NCBI GenBank assembly: GCA_934149365.1
Contig: CAKPEI010000004.1
Location: 112,487 to 176,486 of the forward strand
From: an uncultured Clostridia bacterium
GTDB taxonomy: Bacteria > Bacillota > Clostridia > TANB77 > CAG-465
Direction of reading: 5' to 3'
DNA length: 64,000 bases
The notes beneath the pieces were generated by a model. It ran no database searches. It had not been told where the DNA came from and saw only the letters and a list, made by a program, of their open reading frames with translations. Shown one piece after another: positions 29,310 through 38,400 of the stretch. The position numbers and the translations under genes were made by a program. Position 1 is the first letter of the stretch, and every line of letters begins with the position of its first letter.

Positions 29310-29849
29310 GTGAATAAAATTAAAAGTGGGACATATGTATATAAAGAAATAGTAAATAAATTAAAAAGTAGTTATATAGAAAGTATTACAATTATAAGTA
29401 AAAGGAAAAACTTAATAGAAGATTATAAACTAGTTTATGTTATAACTCCAGAACTTAAAGAGAATAAAGAAATATACTTAAAACTTTTTAATAAAGAAAA
29501 ATATAGCTACATTAATATTGATAATGTAGGTAATAAGGCGGCTGTAAACGTGATTGATATTTCAAATGGTGATAAAATATATGTTACTTTAAAAGAATGT
29601 ATTTCTAAATATAAATTAAAATATATTAGTCAATATATTTCGATTTCGCTTGCAGATTACGTTATTGTAAATAAAATTAAGAGTATATCGGAAAGTATGG
29701 TAGAACTAGATATAGCCTTAGATTTAGGAAAAGAAATCTATGCAATACCAGGTGATATATTTAGTTACAAAAATTATTTAGCTAATTTTGCAATAAAACA
29801 AGGTGCTGTACCTATATGTTCAGAGCATGACGTTACCAATATAAAGTAG
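29310..29849 (+). CDS. Degenerate DprA/Smf-like protein (C-terminal half of the Rossmann domain only)
   Basis: C-terminal LDIALDLGKEIYAIPGDIFSYKNYLANFAIKQGAVPI aligns by eye with the DprA segment ALDQGRDVFAVPGSIFS..LIQQGA. The N-terminal catalytic half is absent. The start codon is uncertain. Confidence 0.45.
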   Translation: MNKIKSGTYVYKEIVNKLKSSYIESITIISKRKNLIEDYKLVYVITPELKENKEIYLKLFNKEKYSYINIDNVGNKAAVNVIDISNGDKIYVTLKECISKYKLKYISQYISISLADYVIVNKIKSISESMVELDIALDLGKEIYAIPGDIFSYKNYLANFAIKQGAVPICSEHDVTNIK

Positions 29850-29914
29850 AAAAGAACTAGGATGTATTGTTTTTTTTTACTTTATATAGTAAAATTATAT
29901 ACGAGGTGATTAAT

Positions 29915-32248
29915 ATGCCGTCAGACAAAAAGGGCAAAAAAATTAAGCTTAAGAAGCTTGATTATAAAAGAAAAATAGATGACCCAAACAGTAAAGAAGC
30001 AAAGGAATATAAAAATAAAAAAGGCAAGAAGAAAAAGCTTGGCTTTAAAATATTTAAGATTTGCTTATTTACATTTATAGCTTTGGGAATAATAGGTATA
30101 GGAGTTGTAGTAGGCGTAATTACTGGAATAATAGATAAGACAGAGAGTGTAGATTTAGCACAGCTACAAATGCTTAAGTTAACATCGTTCGTATATGATA
30201 GCGAAAATAATGAAATAGCATCAATTTATGGAGATGAAAATAGGGTAAATGTAACTTATGATAAGATACCTAAGCATTTAATCGATGCTGTTATATCTAT
30301 AGAGGATGAGAGATTCTTAGAACATGGTGGTGTTGATATAAAAAGAACAGCTGCAGCCATTGTTACTTACGTGTTTAATGGTGGAAAGTCTACATTTGGT
30401 GGAAGTACAATAACACAGCAATTGATTAAAAACACTACAGGAGATAATGAGACTAAATGGACTAGAAAAATAAGAGAATGGTACAGAGCAATAAGCCTAG
30501 AACATAAACTAAGTAAAGAAGATATAATGGAATCATATCTTAACACAATTTATTTAGGGGCAGGAGCTCATGGTGTTGAAGTTGCAGCTCATACATATTT
30601 TAACAAAAGTGTAACAGATATAAATCTAGCAGAAGCAGCTACACTTGCAGCAATAATTCAGCTTCCAGAAGGGTACAACCCATATAGAAGTGAAGAAGCT
30701 GCAGAAAAATTAAAAAATAGAAAAGAAGTTGTACTTAAAAAGATGCTTGAACTTGGAAAAATAACTCAAGAAGAGTACGACGAAGCAATGGCTTATGAAA
30801 TTAAATACGAAAAAGGAGCTGTTGCTACAGGTACAAAATATTCATACTATGTAGATGCAGTTATAGAAGCTGTTGTAGAAGATTTGATGGAACAAAGAAA
30901 TGTAACAAGAGAACTTGCACTTCAAATGTTATATAATAATGGTTACAAAATATATACACCACAAGTAGCAAGCGTACAGAAATCTATAGACTCGGCTTTT
31001 GCTAATAAAAAGTGGTTTTATACAGACAAAAAAGGCGAATTTATGCAAGCGGGTATGGTAGTTATCGACAATGCAACGGGAAATGTTGTAGGTTTGTGTG
31101 GTGGTGCCGGAGAAAAATCAACAGATAGAGGATTTAATAGAGCAACTCAAGCTAAGAGACAACCAGGTTCTTCATTTAAACCAATAGCAGCGTATGGACC
31201 AGCATTTGAAAAAGGTGTTTCATATCCAGGTATGGGATATGATGACTCTCAAATTACAATAGGTAATTGGACACCTAAGAACTATTATGGATACTTTAAT
31301 GGATACGTTTCAGCAAGAAATGCGATAAATCAATCTATGAATATCCCAGCGGTAAGAGCAATGCAGTCAGTTGGCGTAGAATATGCTAAGAAATTTGCTG
31401 AAAATCTAGGAATTAGCACATTTACAAAAAATGATAATTCTTTATCAATGGCACTTGGTGGTTTAGATCAAGGTGCTACAGTTCTTGAAATGGCAGGAGC
31501 ATATGCAACATTTGCAAATGGTGGGTTATATATAAAACCTAAACTATATACAAAAGTTTTAGACTCAGAGGGTAAAGAAATATTATCTACTAAAACAACA
31601 GCTCAAAGAGTTATGAAAGATACAACTGCATATCTAATAACAGATTGCTTGAAAACAGTTGTAACAAGTGGTACAGGTACATCAACTAAAATAGGTGGAG
31701 GAATAGATGCAGCAGGTAAAACTGGTAACTCTAACGATGATAAGGACCAATGGTTCGTAGGATATACTCCATATTATACAGCAGCTGTATGGAATGGTTA
31801 TGATACACCAAAATCTATATCAAGACCTTATCCATATACTTGTATGAGAGTATATACAGATGTTATGAGAGCTATTCATAAAGGACTTGAAGCAAAGACA
31901 TTTACAAAACCTAGTGGAATTATAACAGCAAGCGTATGTACAGCATCTGGAAAGATGCCTACAGAAGCATGTGAAAGATATGGTGGAGTGGTAAAGACTG
32001 AAATATTTGCGTCAGGAACAGTTCCAACGGAATCATGTTCAGTGCATAAGCTAGCTTCAATATGTAAACAAACAGGAAAAGTTGCAACTCCATATTGTCC
32101 TGAGGTAGAAGATAGAGCATTTATAACAAGAGATGAGAATCCTAAGGTTAAACCAAGAGATTGGTCAAGAATGCTTACAAAAGATACATGTACAGTACAT
32201 ACATCATCAAATGGTGGAAACGGTGGAGTTAATCCATATTCAAATTAA
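29915..32248 (+). CDS. Class A penicillin-binding protein (PBP1A family, glycosyltransferase plus transpeptidase)
   Basis: ATG at 29915 behind GAGGTGA. GT51 motifs ISIEDERFLEHGG and GGSTITQQL. Transpeptidase motifs SSFKP (SxxK), SMN (SxN) and KTGN. Cys-rich C-terminal extension. Confidence 0.93.
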   Translation: MPSDKKGKKIKLKKLDYKRKIDDPNSKEAKEYKNKKGKKKKLGFKIFKICLFTFIALGIIGIGVVVGVITGIIDKTESVDLAQLQMLKLTSFVYDSENNEIASIYGDENRVNVTYDKIPKHLIDAVISIEDERFLEHGGVDIKRTAAAIVTYVFNGGKSTFGGSTITQQLIKNTTGDNETKWTRKIREWYRAISLEHKLSKEDIMESYLNTIYLGAGAHGVEVAAHTYFNKSVTDINLAEAATLAAIIQLPEGYNPYRSEEAAEKLKNRKEVVLKKMLELGKITQEEYDEAMAYEIKYEKGAVATGTKYSYYVDAVIEAVVEDLMEQRNVTRELALQMLYNNGYKIYTPQVASVQKSIDSAFANKKWFYTDKKGEFMQAGMVVIDNATGNVVGLCGGAGEKSTDRGFNRATQAKRQPGSSFKPIAAYGPAFEKGVSYPGMGYDDSQITIGNWTPKNYYGYFNGYVSARNAINQSMNIPAVRAMQSVGVEYAKKFAENLGISTFTKNDNSLSMALGGLDQGATVLEMAGAYATFANGGLYIKPKLYTKVLDSEGKEILSTKTTAQRVMKDTTAYLITDCLKTVVTSGTGTSTKIGGGIDAAGKTGNSNDDKDQWFVGYTPYYTAAVWNGYDTPKSISRPYPYTCMRVYTDVMRAIHKGLEAKTFTKPSGIITASVCTASGKMPTEACERYGGVVKTEIFASGTVPTESCSVHKLASICKQTGKVATPYCPEVEDRAFITRDENPKVKPRDWSRMLTKDTCTVHTSSNGGNGGVNPYSN

Positions 32249-32257
32249 AAAAACATA

Positions 32258-32292
32258 AAAGTGGTTAAGAAATATACTTAACCACTTTTTTT
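32258..32292. terminator. Bidirectional terminator shared by the PBP gene and spoIIR
   Basis: Perfect stem aaagtggttaag (32258-32269) / cttaaccacttt (32277-32288). It overlaps the spoIIR stop codon. Confidence 0.8.
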
Positions 32293-32834
32293 AAAGTTTC
32301 TACTATTCCTGATTGTATTTGTATTTCTTCATTTTCATCATATAATTCATCTTTTCCTAACTCATAGTTTGGATTATACGCATATGGAAAAATAAGTGTC
32401 CAAAAATTTTCTCCATTTCCATTACCTAATACTATTTGCATAGAATCGTAAGTTCCTTTTTTCATGTCTATTTTATCAGAATGCTTTTCTCCGTAAGCTA
32501 TTTTGCCTATTTTTGCAATTGCAAAGTAATTTGTATTTTCTTTAGCTAGTTCATTATTTGCTATTTCTAAGATATTACCAATATTATTCTGTATAATTTC
32601 TTTGGTATTTTCTTTATTAATATTTTCCATATTCAAATTAGATATATAATTAGTTATCTTTTTTGATATTTTTAATTTAGTTATCTGGTCATCTATTGAA
32701 TTGCTATTTGCTACTATGTGTAATCTAAAGTAATCTTCTTGATTTGAATTTGTTTTTAAGCAAGCTATAACAAGAAACATATTAAGAATTATAAAAGAAA
32801 AAATAAATATATATATACAATAATTTTTATTCAT
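32265..32834 (-). CDS. spoIIR: Stage II sporulation protein R
   Basis: 189 aa with a signal-anchor. The motif FRLHIVANSNSIDDQ is typical of SpoIIR. Confidence 0.85.
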   Translation of the reverse strand: MNKNYCIYIFIFSFIILNMFLVIACLKTNSNQEDYFRLHIVANSNSIDDQITKLKISKKITNYISNLNMENINKENTKEIIQNNIGNILEIANNELAKENTNYFAIAKIGKIAYGEKHSDKIDMKKGTYDSMQIVLGNGNGENFWTLIFPYAYNPNYELGKDELYDENEEIQIQSGIVETLKKVVKYIS

Positions 32835-32850
32835 AAAACATCACCATAAA

Positions 32851-32879
32851 TATTATGGATAAATTTTCCAAAATTATAC
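32851..32879 (-). promoter_or_regulatory. Candidate forespore (sigma-F/G type) promoter of spoIIR
   Basis: On the - strand: GTATA (32879-32875), 17 nt, CATAATA (32857-32851). This matches the GTATA-N17-CATAnTA pattern recalled for sigma-F/G. It would leave a very short leader. Confidence 0.35.
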
Positions 32880-32955
32880 AAAAGTGTATAAAAAATTCGG
32901 TTGACACTACATATAATAAATGGTAAAATTTGGATATAACAAAGGAGGAAGAAAT

Positions 32956-33429
32956 ATGAGAAAGGTTAAATTTTGTTGCTTTACAGTAAACACAACACAT
33001 GCTTTAATTATAGCTAATAATTTTATAGCAAGTAGGTTAAATAATGTTAAAATAATATATATTAATGAGAAAGAGGAAACTAAAAAAATAAAGAAAATAA
33101 TAAACAAGTTCTACAAAAATATGCAAGATAGGATGTATTATTCAGAATGGCTCAATGAAGATATTCTAAACGATTATGTTAATGAAAATTTTGTTTACGT
33201 AGTACATGGAAAAGAAAAATTTGTGGAAAATGCAAATAAATTTTTAGATATAAATGATTTTAATGGTTATGTTATAAATTGTTATGATGTATATGATATA
33301 AAGGAAGATGTGAATGAAATTATCGATAAACATGACTATTACATGAATACTACCGGAGTTATTAAAAAAGAATTTGGAAATGACATATCACAGAAAAAAT
33401 ATATAACCAAAGAAAATGAAATAATGTAG
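32956..33429 (+). CDS. Hypothetical protein
   Basis: ATG at 32956 behind AGGAGG. 157 aa. No motif recognised. Confidence 0.55.
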   Translation: MRKVKFCCFTVNTTHALIIANNFIASRLNNVKIIYINEKEETKKIKKIINKFYKNMQDRMYYSEWLNEDILNDYVNENFVYVVHGKEKFVENANKFLDINDFNGYVINCYDVYDIKEDVNEIIDKHDYYMNTTGVIKKEFGNDISQKKYITKENEIM

Positions 33430-33447
33430 TAAAAAAGGGGAGAAATC

Positions 33448-34158
33448 TTAATTTTTCTCCTCTTCATTTAATATTTCCCAACCTGGTATGTTGGAACGTT
33501 TTATTGCTCCAAAAACGTGTTCTCTTACTCTAGGAATGTCTTTCTTTAAGTCTTTTAACAAGTCTTTCATATATTCTCTTTTAGTAAAGCCATCTTTGGG
33601 ACAACATTTACCCATAACTGGATAATTTTTTTCTCTTGCTACTGCTCTAATAGTTTTTTCATCAACGTATATCATAGGTCTTATTGTTTTTACATTACTT
33701 CTGCTAAGATAAGTAACAGGCGCAAATGTATGAATTTTACCATTTAAAAATACACTCATCATAAAAGTTTCCATTACATCGTCCATGTGGTGACCTAGAG
33801 CAATTTTATTACATCCGTGTTCTATTGCAAGACTATTTAACATACCTCTTCTCATATTGGCACAAAGAGAGCAAGGGTTTTTCTCTTTCCTTATATTAAA
33901 TACTACTTCTGCTATATTAGAATCATATATTAGGTACTCTATATCTAAATCTTTACAAAGTTTTTCTAGTTCTGCTGTATTAAAAGTTTCACTTCCTGGA
34001 TGTATAGTTATGGCCATAATATCAAATTTTTTAGGATAAAACTTTTTTAGGTAATATAGAGCATAAAGTAAAGTTATACTATCTTTTCCTCCAGATAAAC
34101 CTACAGCTATTTTATCACCATCTTCTATCATATTGAAATCATCTATTGCTTTACGCAT
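33448..34158 (-). CDS. TtcA-family PP-loop ATPase (tRNA 2-thiocytidine synthase-like)
   Basis: SGGKDS PP-loop and CSLCANMRRG motif. 236 aa. Confidence 0.85.
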   Translation of the reverse strand: MRKAIDDFNMIEDGDKIAVGLSGGKDSITLLYALYYLKKFYPKKFDIMAITIHPGSETFNTAELEKLCKDLDIEYLIYDSNIAEVVFNIRKEKNPCSLCANMRRGMLNSLAIEHGCNKIALGHHMDDVMETFMMSVFLNGKIHTFAPVTYLSRSNVKTIRPMIYVDEKTIRAVAREKNYPVMGKCCPKDGFTKREYMKDLLKDLKKDIPRVREHVFGAIKRSNIPGWEILNEEEKN

Positions 34159-34203
34159 TTTTCCGTATAATTTGTTGTAACATATTATTCACTCCTGGTT
34201 AAT

Positions 34204-34232
34204 ATTATACAAAAATACATTGAACTTGTCTA
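34204..34232 (-). promoter_or_regulatory. Promoter of the ttcA-like gene
   Basis: On the - strand: TAGACA (34232-34227), 17 nt, TATAAT (34209-34204). Confidence 0.55.
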
Positions 34233-34349
34233 CATAAAACAGAAATATTATTTCAAAAAAAAGTGGAGAAATAGTATAAAAAAATCAAGAAAACTACACT
34301 ATGAGTATTAATTAAGGGTACTAATATCATATAACGGAAGTGCAAACAC

Positions 34350-34377
34350 TTGACATAATAAAATATTGTGATATAAT
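34350..34377 (+). promoter_or_regulatory. Strong orphan sigma-A promoter pointing into a gene-free region
   Basis: TTGACA (34350-34355), 16-nt spacer, extended -10 TGaTATAAT (34369-34377). There is no + strand ORF with an SD longer than 10 codons downstream before the asnB terminator. Confidence 0.6.
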
Positions 34378-34653
34378 ATTAGTGTCTAAAAAATAAAAAA
34401 TATAATTTAAATAAAAAGTATGACGTTTTAATATAACTAACTTATATGTTTTTAAGATACCTTAGGGTATTTTAATAAAGAGCAGGTTACTGCTTGTAGT
34501 TTTACAGTGTCTCTTAGGAGATATGGTTATGTATTACTATTTGCGATAATCTTTTTACGACATGTAAGCTAATTAATTATTTATATATACTTATACTATT
34601 TAGAAGATAGTATCCTTGTCTATCCGCAGGTTGTGGGATTGTGCGTAAAATCT

Positions 34654-34746
34654 CTACACGTGAGACCGACAAGTCATGTGGCGGTCTGGTTTGGCAAAGA
34701 TGAATAGGGCCATTTGTATACAGCAAATGGCAAAGTTTAAAATCAT
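34654..34746 (-). CDS. Candidate 30-aa hydrophobic peptide (resembles a type I toxin)
   Basis: AAGGAG (34757-34752) lies 5 nt before the ATG (34746). The peptide is MILNFAICCIQMALFIFAKPDRHMTCRSHV. It is fully antisense to the candidate + strand RNA. Confidence 0.3.
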   Translation of the reverse strand: MILNFAICCIQMALFIFAKPDRHMTCRSHV

Positions 34747-34777
34747 GCTGTCTCCTTATAATTATATATATATTTAG

Positions 34778-34809
34778 AAAGAGTCACGAACAATGTTTCG
34801 TGGCTCTTT
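34778..34809 (-). terminator. asnB terminator hairpin
   Basis: aaagagtcacgaa (34778-34790) / ttcgtggctcttt (34797-34809), one G-U pair, immediately downstream of the asnB stop on the - strand. Confidence 0.7.
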
Positions 34810-34817
34810 CGCCCTTA

Positions 34818-36662
34818 TTATACTTCAATACTAATGTTATATTCTTCAAGCCACATATTTATTTGTATTAGATATGCTAAAGTTTGTGGGTAGGTCATAA
34901 GCTGGCCAAACCAGTTTTCTTTTAAGTTTGTTCCTTTTGATTCTAATATTTGATTTAAATAATCTACATCTATGATTTGACATAGAGGAGAAGTTGGTTT
35001 TTTTAGTATAGTTTTAATCTCATTTTCTACAAGATCTAAATATTCTTTTCCATATGTTTTTGGGAATGGAGATTTCTTCCTGTAAACAACTTCGCTAGGA
35101 ATATCTTTTTCAAAAGCTTTTCTAAGTAAATATTTTTCTACAGGTTCCCTATTATGAACTAAGCCCAGTTTATATTTTGCGGGAACATTATATATATATT
35201 CAAATATTCTATGGTCTGCAAAAGGGACTCTTACTTCTAATCCAGAAGCCATAGATGTTCTATCAGTTCTTTCTACTAAAGTATTCATGAACCATTTAAC
35301 AGTAAGATAGTTAGTTTTCCTAAATTTGTTTTCAAATTCATTATTTGAATTTAATTCTACATTACTTAGTGTATTGTCATAACTTTCTTTAATGTAGTCT
35401 TTTACATTGTAATTTGAACATAAATCTTTCTTTAACAGGCTATTTCTGATTTTATCTGATAATGCCCAAGGAAAAGAAGGGTAGTTTACTAGCTTTTCTC
35501 TATAATACCATGGGTAGCCACCAAATATTTCGTCAGAACATTCTCCTGAAATACATACCTTAAAGCCATTGTTTGATATAGCTTCGCAAAAAGCATACAT
35601 TGAACTATCTATATCTGCCATACCAGGCATATCTCTTGCAATCATAGACTTTTTTAACAAATGAAATAAGTCCTCATTTTTAAAATAAATTGTTTTATGT
35701 TTAGTATGTAAGTAGTCACTCATTATTTTTACATACTCTGCATCTTGGGTAGGTTGATATGAGTTTGAAGCAAAAGATGTATCATTGCCAGTAAAATCAA
35801 TGGAAAAAGTAGATAAACTAGGAATTTCTTCTTTAGCAAGGTAGGTAAGTACACTTGAGTCAAGTCCACCAGATAACATTGTACAAACTGGTACGTCTGA
35901 AACAAGCTCTTTTCTTAAAGAATCTGTAACAAGTTCTTTAGTTTTAGAAATAGCAGTATAAACATCATCTTCACAGTTTTTGGTTGTTAGGTCCCAATAA
36001 CAATATGTATTAAAATTAATTCCAGAATAAGTGGCAAAGTGACCTGCTTTTAATTCATATATGTCTTTAAAGTAAGTAGAGCCAGGGTTATGTGCAGGAC
36101 CAAGACCTATAAGCTCCATCAATTCTTTTTCGCCAATTTTCGCTTTAACAGATGGGTGCTCTAATATTGCCTTTACCTCAGAAGCAAATATTAGTGTGTT
36201 ATTTGATATTGTATAAAAAAGTGGTTTTATACCAAGTCTATCTCTTGCTAAGAAGAGAGAATTATCTTGCTTAGAATAAATAGCAAAAGAATATATTCCA
36301 TTAAACATATCTAAACATTTTTCTTTATATGCTACATAACAGGCAAGTATTACTTCTGTATCAGAAGTTGTCTTAAATGAAAAACCTTTATTTATTAATT
36401 TTTCTTTTATTTCTTTGGTATTATATAACTCACCATTGTATGTTATGACATAAGTATTTGAATTGTATTCATATATCATTGGCTGACTTCCGGTTAATAA
36501 ATCAATAATGCTAAGCCTTGTATGACCTAGAGCTACATTTTTATCTGTATATACATTTAGTGCATCAGGTCCTCTTCTGTTTATGCTACTGGCCATTTTT
36601 GTTATTATCTTTGAATCTTTAATCTTTTCGTTTGAATTCATATATCCACAAATACCGCACAT
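34818..36662 (-). CDS. asnB: Asparagine synthase (glutamine-hydrolysing)
   Basis: N-terminal MCGICGY (Ntn Cys) and PP-loop SGGLDSS. 614 aa. Confidence 0.93.
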   Translation of the reverse strand: MCGICGYMNSNEKIKDSKIITKMASSINRRGPDALNVYTDKNVALGHTRLSIIDLLTGSQPMIYEYNSNTYVITYNGELYNTKEIKEKLINKGFSFKTTSDTEVILACYVAYKEKCLDMFNGIYSFAIYSKQDNSLFLARDRLGIKPLFYTISNNTLIFASEVKAILEHPSVKAKIGEKELMELIGLGPAHNPGSTYFKDIYELKAGHFATYSGINFNTYCYWDLTTKNCEDDVYTAISKTKELVTDSLRKELVSDVPVCTMLSGGLDSSVLTYLAKEEIPSLSTFSIDFTGNDTSFASNSYQPTQDAEYVKIMSDYLHTKHKTIYFKNEDLFHLLKKSMIARDMPGMADIDSSMYAFCEAISNNGFKVCISGECSDEIFGGYPWYYREKLVNYPSFPWALSDKIRNSLLKKDLCSNYNVKDYIKESYDNTLSNVELNSNNEFENKFRKTNYLTVKWFMNTLVERTDRTSMASGLEVRVPFADHRIFEYIYNVPAKYKLGLVHNREPVEKYLLRKAFEKDIPSEVVYRKKSPFPKTYGKEYLDLVENEIKTILKKPTSPLCQIIDVDYLNQILESKGTNLKENWFGQLMTYPQTLAYLIQINMWLEEYNISIEV

Positions 36663-36878
36663 GTTACCTCCTATTAAACATTAATCATTTAAGTATATGC
36701 TATAAATATTATGTTTATGAAAAACGCTATAACATTGATAAATATTGGCATTAACGTATTAAAATTTAGTAAAATACTTGATTTTTGGGTGCTTATAATA
36801 TATACTTGTGTTGTAGGTAAAAATCAAGGGGACTAAAAAATTTTTTATAGTCTAAATAATTAGAAATGAGGTATTTAT

Positions 36879-38246
36879 ATGAACAAAAAGACTTATGTGC
36901 TGAACAAACCTGCCTTATTAACGTCGGAGGAGTCGCTTTTAAGATTTGACGGTGGAGATATTGTTATCCCCATGGCGGTTCTTGAGGATTTACAGTCTTC
37001 AATTTCCAAACTCAAATCTGCGCGGCAAGCCATAGCAAGAAAGGTACTTGATAAGTTAGATAAATTCAACTTTAAAGATTTAAGCACAAAGGGAATTAAA
37101 CTTGAAAACGGAACACTGCTTAAAGTGAGTATAAACTATACGGAAATAGAAGTCGATATAGAAGGCGTGTCACAAAAAGATAAGAGGATACTTCAAACTT
37201 GTCTTGGTCTTAAAAATGAAGGGAAAAATGTTATCCTTATATCAAACAACCCGGTAATGAGAATGAAAGCTAGACAGCTTGGAATTGTATCAGAGGAACT
37301 TAAGGACAGAGTTTTCCCGTCAATTAATGACCAGTATAAAGGTTATGAGGAAGTTTATGCATTATCTTCTGACATTGATGAGCTGTTTAAGAATGGAAGT
37401 CTGGAAAAAGAAAGAATCTATGAGTACGAAAAAGTTGACTGGCAGACAAATTTGTATTTGAGTATAAGGTCGGAGACGAATACTGCGGCGCTTGCATATT
37501 ATGACGGCGATGTTATTGTTCCTATAAAGAACATACCAAAGCCTTATGGTATAACGGCAAAGAATATACGTCAAAAATTCCTTATACATGCGTTAATGGA
37601 TCAGGATACACCTCTGGTTATAATAAAAGGGGTTGCAGGAACCGGTAAGACATTTTGTTCTCTCGGAGCAGCGCTTGAGCAAACCGTAAAGAAAGATATA
37701 TATGATCAGATTTTGATTACAAAATCTACTAAAAAAGTGGATCAAGAAGAACTTGGATATCTTCCGGGTGATTTGAGTGAGAAGTTTGATCCGTATATAT
37801 CGAGTATATACGATAACCTTGAAGTCTTGTACAGAGCGCAGAATGGAAGAGGTTCTGAGAGTTACAAAGAAAGCACAAAGTTTAAGTCGTTAAGAGAAGA
37901 AATAAATGGTTGCTTGTTTGATACTGAAATAATTAAGATTCAGACAGTTGGCCATATAAGAGGTCGTTCTCTTATAAACAAGATATTCATTATCGATGAA
38001 ACTCAGAACATTGCGCCGGAATCAATAAAACAGATTGTAACAAGAGCTGGCGAAGGTTCCAAGTTCATATTCTTAGGAGACCCTACACAGGTAGATTCAC
38101 CTGAACTTACTGAGAAATACAATGGACTTGTATATCTCTCGGAGATGATGAAAGGTAAGCCACTTTGCAGGCAGATAACATTGGAAACTGCAGGAGATGC
38201 AGTAAGATCTCCTCTTGCACAGCTTGCAGTTGATGCACTTATTTAA
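36879..38246 (+). CDS. PIN-domain plus PhoH-like ATPase (YlaK-type)
   Basis: Walker A GVAGTGKTF and Walker B IIDETQN. N-terminal PIN-like domain. 455 aa. Visibly higher G+C than most of the window. Confidence 0.88.
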   Translation: MNKKTYVLNKPALLTSEESLLRFDGGDIVIPMAVLEDLQSSISKLKSARQAIARKVLDKLDKFNFKDLSTKGIKLENGTLLKVSINYTEIEVDIEGVSQKDKRILQTCLGLKNEGKNVILISNNPVMRMKARQLGIVSEELKDRVFPSINDQYKGYEEVYALSSDIDELFKNGSLEKERIYEYEKVDWQTNLYLSIRSETNTAALAYYDGDVIVPIKNIPKPYGITAKNIRQKFLIHALMDQDTPLVIIKGVAGTGKTFCSLGAALEQTVKKDIYDQILITKSTKKVDQEELGYLPGDLSEKFDPYISSIYDNLEVLYRAQNGRGSESYKESTKFKSLREEINGCLFDTEIIKIQTVGHIRGRSLINKIFIIDETQNIAPESIKQIVTRAGEGSKFIFLGDPTQVDSPELTEKYNGLVYLSEMMKGKPLCRQITLETAGDAVRSPLAQLAVDALI

Positions 38247-38263
38247 AGTTTAAAAGATGGTAA

Positions 38264-38292
38264 AAAGCTAGGAAAATTTTTCCTGGCTTTTT
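38264..38292 (+). terminator. Rho-independent terminator
   Basis: aaagctaggaaaa / ttttcctggcttt hairpin followed by T residues. Confidence 0.75.
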
Positions 38293-38311
38293 GCTATTTA
38301 TGTATTAATGG

Positions 38312-38340
38312 TATACAAAACATACTTAGTATGATATAAT
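38312..38340 (+). promoter_or_regulatory. Candidate promoter of the toxin-like operon
   Basis: Weak -35 TATACA (38312-38317), 17 nt, extended -10 TGaTATAAT (38332-38340). Confidence 0.45.
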
Positions 38341-38400
38341 TAATTATGTAATGTAAGTTACAGATTAATTTAATAATTTAAATTTAGGAGGGGATTTTTT

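Larger units (their letters stand above)
34384..34809 (+). ncRNA. Candidate non-coding RNA (unknown family) running from the orphan promoter to the shared hairpin
   Basis: Lies between the promoter at 34350-34377 and the hairpin at 34778-34809. The segment 34610-34745 is conspicuously G+C-rich for this genome and has local stems (agaccg 34662-34667 / cggtct 34682-34687; ccatttg 34710-34716 / caaatgg 34724-34730). I could not match it to any RNA family from memory. Confidence 0.3.

Noticed and set aside
34440-34500. Short hairpins (atacc/ggtat, agcag/ctgct) as terminators of the orphan-promoter transcript
   Set aside because: The stems are only 5 bp with weak T tracts, so I cannot tell whether the transcript stops here or reaches the 34778-34809 hairpin. 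I therefore reported the longer span, at low confidence.
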